A DNA stretch of 63,837 bases, the filler included, from Choristocarpus tenellus KU-1152 (Eukaryota > Protista > Phaeophyceae): NCBI GenBank assembly GCA_964200185.2. It is 11 parts of 11 records of this genome, joined end to end, with 100 filler letters (N's around TTAATTAATTAA, not from the genome) between each part and the next. Parts side by side here need not be neighbours in the genome. Positions count along the whole stretch, not along the records: positions 46,821 to 54,556 come from CAXNAD020005661.1; positions 54,657 to 57,356 come from CAXNAD020025526.1; positions 57,457 to 60,060 come from CAXNAD020026353.1; positions 60,161 to 63,837 come from CAXNAD020018570.1; 7 more parts are not named here. One strand, written 5' to 3'. A program made the translations under genes and the position numbers. Below are positions 53,401-61,702 of this stretch, in pieces. Each line of letters begins with the position of its first letter. The stretch's first letter is position 1. The notes below the pieces were generated by a model, which made no database searches, was not told where the DNA came from, and saw nothing but the letters and a program-made list of their open reading frames with translations.

Positions 53401-54161
53401 TGAAGAGAGATTGGGTACACAGTGGTTTGGAGGCTGCGCAGTGGGTGGTTGTGACACGTCAGTTGTGTTTTTGACAGTGTGTGATTTCCAGTTATGTTCT
53501 GCGGTGATGGGATTGTATGTACATTTCCATGTTTTGGATTGAATGTCCCCTGTAAAGGTTAGGAATTTTTGGTAAGTATATTTGAGTGTTAGTTGTAGGG
53601 TTGTGGTATAGTATTGTTATAGTATTGGATAGTGCACACTCTTGGCCAAAGGTGGAACATTGATTTTGGAACGGACTACGTGATGGCGGAAAGGAGCACC
53701 ATGAATTTGAGCACAACAGTGGAGGTCTTGTTTTTTTTTTTTAAGTAGGAATTCTCAACAGTGGGGGTCTTGTTTTTGTTTTTTAAAGTAGGAATTCTCA
53801 ACAGTGGGGGTATGGTTAATTGTCAGGCGGGAGAGAGGTATTTTGTTGGATAGCGTCTGATTTGTTCCAGCCGATAAGGTAGCATTCAGTAGTACTTTTG
53901 TCTTATTCATAGTAGTGGTGTGATAGGGGCAATAGCATAGAAAGCCTGCGTTAGAGCCAGTCCTACGATGCAATTGTTTCCCTCGATGAACCTTGAACTT
54001 ACTAGGTTGCTTGGAATGACGAGAGTAGTCCCGCTCAAGGGTTCAAGTACCTGTACCTCACCGAGGAGGACTACTCTGCCCTGGAGGAGGGTACTGTCAA
54101 TGCTAAGGAGGTTGTAGAGGGAGATGAGAAGAGATATGCTCTCACGGACATCATTGGCCAG
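47493..54161 (+). CDS. ACC: Homomeric acetyl-CoA carboxylase (central domain end and start of carboxyltransferase), 10 internal exons, probably the plastid-type paralog
   Basis: Exons 47493-47606, 48193-48333, 48913-49020, 49398-49577, 50306-50380 (GC donor), 50763-50840, 51539-51616, 52131-52247, 53098-53217 and 54006-54161. Motifs: [65 protein letters not shown]. Confidence 0.96.
48048..48190 (+). repeat. ~43-bp minisatellite (3+ units) ending at an ACC splice acceptor
   Basis: GAATCCTTGTGTATGTCTAAATTGGTGTG(TG)nAATGTTAT repeated; the last partial unit ends GAATCCTTGTGCAG|. Confidence 0.9.
49842..49919 (+). repeat. 15-bp tandem repeat (ATTGTAAATATAAAT) x5 in an ACC intron
   Basis: Directly visible in the sequence. 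Confidence 0.9.
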
Positions 54162-55752
54162 GTGATTGATTAGGGGACGGATTAGGGGATGAATGTGCTG
54201 TCACTGTTTGGTTGGTTGGGATTTTGGGATGCTTGTCCCACTGTTTTGGTTCATGGTTCTTGAAATAGGGTGTTGGATCCATAGGTGTGTGTGTGTTTGT
54301 GTTGTGAGTTTTTGAATGTTAAGTATGTTTGTCATTGTTGTTCACGGGTAGGTTGGCGTTTGCTAACACCGTTGGGTTTATTGGGGACCTCGCATGTGTT
54401 GGTGGGGTGTATGTTGTTAGCAACTAGAGTGATACCAATACTCTGTTTTTATTAATCTTGGACTCTTTTGGTTCTGTTTTCAAGTCGCTGGCCTCACTCT
54501 CCACTGTTTTCTTTTCTTCTTGAGTGATGGGTGTACGTATCCCCACCTACTCCTACNNNNNNNNNNNNNNNNNNNNNNNNNNNNNNNNNNNNNNNNNNNN
54601 TTAATTAATTAANNNNNNNNNNNNNNNNNNNNNNNNNNNNNNNNNNNNNNNNNNNNGGTCTACAGCTAGGTGTTAACTTGTACCAAAGTCAGGAAAAGTG
54701 CATTTACATTATCAATTCAACGTATGCAACCAACCCACCCGAAAGTGGCGACATGAAAAATTGACCCCAAATGGACAGCCGCCAGATACGTTGAGCCTCA
54801 TGCCAGAGCTGAACGTATTGCAGGTGTTGATAAAGTGATATCTTTTATTGCTAATGTAGAGAGGAAACCTGTTACTTATGCCTTGACTGTATAGCCCCCA
54901 CCTGAGTCAGAGTTGATGAGTACCCCCCTGCATGGTCGTCTTGTTTCTGAGTTGGGACCAGTCCCTCAATCTTATGCTGAGACTCGAAAATCTGAATACT
55001 GCCCGGTATGGGAAGAGGCCATGTCTAAGGAGTTCCATGGTTTGTTGGACGAAGGTAGGTACCTTCAGTGCTGCAGATGTACCTCTAGGTCTTAAGGCCA
55101 TCGGTTCCAAGTGGGTGTTGAAGTGGAAGAGTGACCCTTTTGGAATGTTCAATGGGGCTAAGGCTAGGTTATTTGCTCAGGGTTTTGGTCAGGAGTATGG
55201 TCTTGATTATTTCGAGACCTCTGCCCCCACTTCTTCCCCCTCATCAGTTAGGCTGATGGCCAGTATGGCATATGAGGTCGACTTAACATTACGGCACCTA
55301 GATGCTGAGCAGGCATTTTTTCAATCTGACTTGGATGAGGAAGTGTACACGCGCCTCCGACAGGGATGTGGAGATCTCTCCTATACAACCGTACGCCTTC
55401 ACAGGTCCCTCTATGGTTAAAAGCAAGCCTCTAGGACTTGGAATACCAAGCTGTTTTCCACCCTTAAGCGCAATGGATTTGAGCAGTGTCTGATTGACCC
55501 GTGTATATTGAGATTCAGGAAGGATGGTGTTGTCAAGATGATGCTTGCCGTTCATGCAGATGATCTGATGGTTTTGGAGTCTGGTGATGATTGCAATGAT
55601 CTTTGTGCCTCCCTGAACGAAGATTTCCCAACCAAAAAGCTTGACTTATTGTCTCAGGTTTCCAGCTGCACTTAAACATGAAGCGTGGAACCCTCTCTGT
55701 TACCCAGACTAAGTACATTGACAACTCGTGTGAACATCTTTCCATTCAATCA

Positions 55753-56010
55753 GATGCAAAGTATCTTAGAGGGTAGAGCCGCGTCCATTTGGGGGTCAAA
55801 ATCCAATGTTACGATTTTGATGTAGTTTTGGCTATCGTGTTTGTTAGGAAATGTCAATATCTATGTTTCAGACACGAGTTTTCAAAACGTATAATTATTT
55901 CCTACTCCGAAACATTTTGGAGTAGGAAAGTGTCATAAAAGACCCATGTGAAACCAAGCCCCAAATGGACAAACAGGGCAAAATTCGTACCCTCTAAGAT
56001 ACTTTCACTC
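55753..56010 (+). mobile_element. MITE family A nested in the Copia RT
   Basis: GATGCAAAGTATCTTAGAGGGTA...TACCCTCTAAGATACTTTCACTC; Copia coding sequence resumes on both sides. Confidence 0.9.
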
Positions 56011-56452
56011 TCAACTACCCTCATCCCTGCAGTCCAGTCCAGAAAGCTTGAAATTAGGGAGGGGGACAAGATCTCAAAGGATTGTCCCTTCTGGGAGGCG
56101 GTTGGAGGGTTGATGTGGGTCAGCAACATGACCAGGCCAGATGTGGCCAATGCAGTAAGAGCTGTTGCCCGTCATTCGCATGCTCCGAGCAAAGTACATT
56201 GGAAAGCTGTGGCCCAGATCCTCAAATACCTCAAAGGGACGCGAGAGTTGGGCCTAACCTACCGGAAAGGCACAGGATTGGATTTGACGACCTACGCTGA
56301 CGCGGGTTATACCAATGAGAGTTTCGACAGACGTTCTGTATCGGGGGGGGCAGTGATGTGTGGGGGGGCAGCAGTACCTTGGCTTTCCAGGACCCAACGT
56401 GCCATAGCATAGTCGATTGCAGAGGCAGAATACATAACCATGGGGAACTGTG

Positions 56453-56710
56453 GAGCCAAAGTATCTTAGAGGGTAGAGCCGCGTCAATTTGGGGGCCAAA
56501 ATCCAATTTTGCGATTTTGATTTAATTTTGACTATCGTGTTTGTTATGAAGTGTCAATATCCTTGTTGCGGACACACCTTTTCATAACGCTTACATTTTA
56601 CCTACTCCGAAATATCTTGGAGTAGAAAAATGTCTTAAAAAACTCGAGGAAAGCCAAGCCCCAAATGAACAAACAGGGCAAAACTTGTACCCTCGAAGAT
56701 ACTTTCACTT
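56453..56710 (+). mobile_element. MITE family A nested in the Copia RNase H, TSD TGTG
   Basis: TGTG|GAGCCAAAGTATCTT...AAGATACTTTCACTT|TGTG; removing the element and one TSD restores EAEYITMGNCVKE. Confidence 0.92.
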
Positions 56711-57520
56711 TGTGTGAAGGAGTTGTTTCTGCGAGGTGTGTTGAAGTTCTTGCAACCTGACAGGACTGGGTCGTGTTATGTAGTGTACGAGGATAACACA
56801 GGAGCCTTCCATTTGGCTAACTAACCCTTTGAGTTCTGAGAGGACTAAGCACATAGATGGGCGACATTATTTCCTAAGGAACTTGGTAGCCAATGGACAA
56901 ATAATGATTGTTCATATTACCTCAGATGAGCTGCATGCAGATGTGTTGACCAAGCCCTTAGGAGAAGTATCTTTTTGGAGGGATGCAGGGGCTTTGCTAA
57001 TATTAGACTATGTTTAGTGGTTGTTTCTTGCTGAATTTGAATTTCTTGGTGTTTGTTTGGATTTTTTTTTCAGTGAGTTCAATAGCTGATTGTTTTCTTG
57101 TCATATAGGATTGACCTTAGGAGTCTCCTAGAATCCATAATTGTACCTTTTTATTTATGAAGAATTGTTTGAGCTAGGGAGGAGGGTGTTCGATTAGACT
57201 CTTCCAACGCTATCGGAATAGTTGTGGTAAACTGTGTATGGAGTAAGAGAACAATTATTAGTGAATAAGTTATCAAAACCATTTATTAGCGTTAAGCTGT
57301 ATGAGAACATTTCTGATATAAGACCCAAAGTATCTGAGGGGGGGGGGGGGGGGGGGNNNNNNNNNNNNNNNNNNNNNNNNNNNNNNNNNNNNNNNNNNNN
57401 TTAATTAATTAANNNNNNNNNNNNNNNNNNNNNNNNNNNNNNNNNNNNNNNNNNNNAAAAGGGGCACAAAATTTTTGGGGGGGTTGGGGGTTGACCGGGG
57501 GCTCTTCCCCCCTCAATTTT

Positions 57521-57554
<34 letters not shown>

Positions 57555-58261
57555 TGAATTTTTGCTTGTGTTGGATGTTCTTATGTTTTTTATTTTCTTG
57601 ACTGCTGGATGCTATATAGGCAGGTTTAATATACTATTATTTGAATTGCAGTATAGCCAGTGCTGAAAGTGTGTCATTCATCGATCCTCTCAGTATAGGA
57701 TGGCGACTATTAATGGGTGGGGGGACTGGGTGGGGGGAGTTCTAACGTGTAATGGAGATTTGGGTTAGGGTTAGGGGTTTTGATTGTCGAGGGGAGGAAT
57801 TGTCCCTTTGTCCTCCTCTTGGTCATTGCCTGTTTTGCTTTGAAAGGGGACATTCTACTTTGCTCAATCCATTGAATTCCTGTTTGATAGAACCCCGATG
57901 CCAACATTAAAAAAAAAAAATTAAATGGAAAATGTAACTTCAAATATAGACGACTTGTTGTTGCTGCCTACTGTGTTCACAATGCTTGCTCGTCCGCCAT
58001 GATTGGCTTTGTCCTCTTTCAATCAGGGGTATCGGTATCCAACAATGCGAGGTTTGCATGTTTCCACCGAAAGAGAGTGGTCTCGTTGCTGGTGGATTGA
58101 AGGAACCAAGAGTGGTAAGGGTGTTTGTTGTGAACGCCAGCAGGTAGGTAGGTGTATGTCGATTTCCTGTGGTTTGAGTGATGGAGCGCCCTATTGCGTT
58201 TGCTTGTCAGTTATCATTATCAACTATGTCGGTGCAATTTACTCCTGAAGCTAGCTAGCTA

Positions 58262-58497
58262 TAGTGCTTGTGTTTTCCTAAACGACATTAAATGGTAATC
58301 TATTAAGCTTTTATATCATTAGCAGTAGTACTAAAAATAGGAGACGTAATTATTGTAAACTAACTAGATGACAAGTATATAATATTACGGCAAATGCCAG
58401 ATGTAAATGGTGGAATTATGGTAGTCGATACATAGCATCGGTCGAGTTCTGGCTGCTGAAGTAGTTATGATTTTGATCATAGTAAGTTTGACAGGTA
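58262..58497 (+). pseudogene. mrcA: Bacterial penicillin-binding protein 1A fragment (Rickettsiaceae-like), decayed
   Basis: Across 3 frameshifts and stops: ACVFLNDIKW*...AVVLKIGDVIIVN*LDDKYIILRQMPDVNGGIMVVD/GRVLAAE/SYDFDHSKFDR. This matches the alphaproteobacterial PBP1A pattern LK.GDVI.V...Y.L.Q.P.VNG...V.D..TGRVLA..GGYDF..SKFDR just before the RQPGS active-site motif. Confidence 0.8.
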
Positions 58498-58498
58498 A

Positions 58499-58655
58499 AT
58501 GTTAGAATTAAAGCATAAATTACAGTGGAAATCTACTGTTGAAGGATTAGATAAGCCTGACTGGAGTTTACTTGATACGACTAAGGTAGACATACATTTT
58601 TTTGATCCAGACGCTAGGATTTTTTTTTAGAAGAGCTCTGGAGTAGAGTAAGTAA
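58499..58655 (+). pseudogene. rsfS: Ribosome silencing factor (RsfS/Iojap) C-terminal half, bacterial, decayed
   Basis: MLELKHKLQWKSTVEGLDKPDWSLLDTTKVDIHFFDPDARIFF/LEELWS matches the RsfS signature EG....W.L.D....VH.F....R..Y.LE.LW. Confidence 0.8.
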
Positions 58656-58716
58656 ATTAGCACACTCAGTTGGGAGTAAGAATATAGTAAAAATATTAAC
58701 TTAATAATTTATTGCA

Positions 58717-58908
58717 ATGTCTGTATCTCAAAAATTACAGCTACAAAACAAAAATATAGAAAAAAGTATTTTTTCTGATATAAAATATATATGTAATTCA
58801 ACTTCGCTAATAGCAGATTCCTTACAGAAAGGCTTTAGATATTCCCCAACTTCTAGTGGAGATACAATAATTACACAAGTTAAAACTATTAACACTCAAT
58901 ATAGTTGG
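58717..58908 (+). pseudogene. DUF2671-like (Rickettsiaceae) protein, truncated, with compensating frameshifts
   Basis: MSVSQK...IFSDIKYICNSTSLIADSLQKG/DIPQL/SGDTIITQVKTINTQYSW resembles, as recalled, Rickettsia DUF2671 (DVKYIC...LITDSIRKGYDVTQLPNGDI.VTE...N..Y.W). Confidence 0.65.
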
Positions 58909-59157
58909 GGTCCAACAAGGCAAATAATGTGACCATCTGTTCATACATATATGCCACTAAGATTAGTTCCAGCATTAGCATTAGTAACAGTGACATTATT
59001 ATTAGCTCCTGAATTCGTCAAAGCCCAATCATCATTTCGAAAAACACGTTTTCCTACAATCACCATAATATCATATCAATTGCAGCACCATTACCAACTT
59101 GACCAACAGCAGTATCTGTACCGCCCTTGGAGGAAGTTCCTCCACATTGTTTCAGGT

Positions 59158-60060
59158 TGTTGTACGGGTTGTCCATGCCGTCAGAGGCAAAAAGGGCACA
59201 GTAGCTCTCACTGCAGTACTGTGGTGGTATCAACTGATCTCTGTTCTATAATATCTACTCTTGGAGAAGATGATGTTCTATAATATCTACTCTTGGAGAA
59301 AATAATGTTCTATAATATATATTCTGGAGAAGATAATGTTCTATAATATCTACTCCGGAGAAGATAGTATTCTATAATATCTAATTTGAGGAATATATTT
59401 CTGGTTAACTTTGTCACTACCATAGATGGTGCAATTTCTTGCCTTTGTTGAAACTGTACTTATCAGTTTTTACAGGTAAGGTGTTGTGCAAAATAGGACA
59501 TCGGTGAGGTGTACCTTATTTTGTGCGTGAGAGATTATCCATGTGTCCTTGCGATGTAATCAATGAGATAGTACATCCGGATTATGAATGGGGTTATGTA
59601 TGAGTTTTTATTCTGCATTCAACTACTTTGACATTACTGTTGACTTATGTAGGAAGCACAAAATAATAATAAAACAAGCAGTAAGAAGACACCCCCCACA
59701 GAGGTCACTCTTCTAATTTCAACCATGTAAAAGTCTTCTACCTGCTTCTTACGTAGTCTTTTGGTCAATATGTCTGCAAGTTGGAGTGTCGTGGGAATAT
59801 ATTTTACTGAAACAAGAATCCTTTGCTAACATCCTCCCTGGTGCATTTTAGTTTAATATCTACATGCCTTGTCCGTCCATTGAAGCCTTCAGTCACTGCT
59901 GCTTGGATTGCACCTCGATTGTCTCCATACCAACTTGTGACCCCTTTGAGTATGCCCAGCTCCCCCAGGATGCCTCTGAGGAATATTGCATGCCTCATTC
60001 CATGCACCATCGCTGTCCATTCCGCCTCTGATGAAGATGTGGTTACAGCTCCCTGCGTCT
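59158..60060 (-). mobile_element. Second Ty1/Copia element: RNase H end, PPT and candidate 3' LTR
   Basis: Minus: TQGAVTTSSSEAEWTAMVHG...YGDNRGAI...RTRHVDIK.../YIPTTLQLADILTK. A G-run at 59697-59692 is followed by TG at 59691, and a possible LTR end ...TACAACA lies at 59158 (boundary uncertain). Confidence 0.8.
59242..59395 (+). repeat. ~31-32-bp tandem repeat (TGTTCTATAATATCTACTCTTGGAGAAGATGA-like) x~5
   Basis: Directly visible; lies within the candidate Copia LTR. Confidence 0.88.
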
Positions 60061-60263
60061 NNNNNNNNNNNNNNNNNNNNNNNNNNNNNNNNNNNNNNNN
60101 NNNNTTAATTAATTAANNNNNNNNNNNNNNNNNNNNNNNNNNNNNNNNNNNNNNNNNNNNAGTAGCATTTTGTGACAAACACCACCACAATTGCTGACCC
60201 CTGTGCCCCCCCCATCCTACTTTACTTCCCCCCATTATCCCTCTTGTTTGGGTCTGTGTCTAG

Positions 60264-61648
60264 TGTGCTACGATCACGGCTCTGACTTTGGAGGAGAATG
60301 AGCACGGTTACCTTCCTGCTGGGCGTCTTGCTCGTGTGGTGTGTGAGGTCAAGGATGGTACAAGGAAGGTTATTGACAAGCTGGATGGTCACACCATTCA
60401 CGGTAGCACACTTCGAGTGCGTCGCCTGCTTGAGGTGGTTCCTCATGACGGTGAGATGTGGAGAGTGTACTACTCTAATACCGATTGAGCTATGAGTGTA
60501 AGTATGTTAGGGTTAGGGTACGAGTTTTGCCATGTTTGTCCGTTTGGGGATTGGCTTCCCACGGGTTTTTTATGACACTTTCCTACTCCGAAATGGTTCA
60601 GAGGGGGTAAAATGTATACGTTATGAAAACATGTGTCTGGAACAAGGAGGACATCGACACTTCCTAGCAAACACTATAGCCAAAAATACATCAAAATCGC
60701 AACATTGGATTTTTGCCATCAAATGGACGCGACTCTACCCTCTAAGATAATTTGACTCCTACAGTGATACCTCGTACGTTTGATGTGTGTGTTATTTGTG
60801 TGTTATGTGTGTGTGTGTTCGTATGAATGTGTTTTCATGGACATACAGGGGTCTTAACAGTCCTTTGTTTTTTATACCTTTTTTTTTTCTGTGTCTTGTG
60901 TTCTGTTACAATATGGTTGTCTTGATTTGTTTTTTGAAATCATATTGTTTTTTTTCAATGTAGTTTGATGTGGACAAACAAATAGCGTGCAACTGTTGGA
61001 TGTTTTGCTCCTCCCCTTCCCCCCAATGCCAGCAAGTATTCTTGTAGCTACGATGAAGCGTTTACATATTATCTGTATACACATTTGTGAGCATGCTCCA
61101 CTATATGTGCTAGGGCTCTACAGAAAGCGTCTTAAGCTTTGTGTGTCTGTGTAGGTGAGCCTATTCTCTGAGAGTACTGGTTGGTTTGTTTGGAACAGCA
61201 GTGCAGGATAAATCTCCCACCTTGACATTAAATACTGAAGTATTACCTCGGAGGAGATTGATAACTACAATGCTCCCGCACCAGTGGGATGACGATGTCA
61301 ACAGAGGATTATCATCTTTGTGAGAGGGGGGACCTCAAGGGTATCAGAATGTTAGAGGGTGCATGGTTTAATGTGCTTTTTTGTTACTTCTCAGATTTTG
61401 TAGCAAGAAAAAATATCTATGGAGGACTTGAGGGGGAGGGTGAAGGTGGAAGGGTATCTGCATCCTAGCACTATCGTACTGAGGTTGAGTTGTGCCAACA
61501 TAGAGATTTAGACCGACGGGAGAACTTTTCCGTTCAACCAATAGGATGCATTGCCTCTGTAGCCTCTCGTATCCCCTCAATGTTATTCCTAATACTTATG
61601 GTACCATTTGCCGGTCCCATTCCCAAACCCTCTAGTTGATGGCTTTTT

Positions 61649-61702
<54 letters not shown>

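Larger units (their letters stand above)
54800..57321 (+). mobile_element. Ty1/Copia LTR retrotransposon, degenerate: RT, RNase H, PPT and start of the 3' LTR
   Basis: KAIGSKWVLKWK...KARLFAQGFGQEYGLDYFET, HLDAEQAF, SLYG/KQA, VHADDL, TRPDVANAV, YADA, RRSVSG, EAEY, RTKHIDGRHYF, ADVLTKPL. PPT AGGGAGGAGGG at 57176-57186 is followed by TG at 57187. Contains stops, frameshifts and two nested MITEs. Confidence 0.93.

Noticed and set aside
58262-59130. Organellar insertion (NUMT/NUPT) or viral origin for the AT-rich island
   Set aside because: PBP1A and DUF2671-like genes are not encoded in stramenopile organelle genomes, and the motifs are bacterial.
59242-59395. ~31-bp repeats (and the 40747 array) as a CRISPR array
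   Set aside because: Head-to-tail units with no unique spacers, no cas genes, and a eukaryotic context.
5992-60160. Regularly recurring TTAATTAATTAA palindrome as a biological repeat, and any gene-cluster reading of ACC, flippase, GT31 and the rest
   Set aside because: It is always embedded in an identical N44/N44 spacer, so it is an artificial join. Neighbours across linkers are unrelated contigs.
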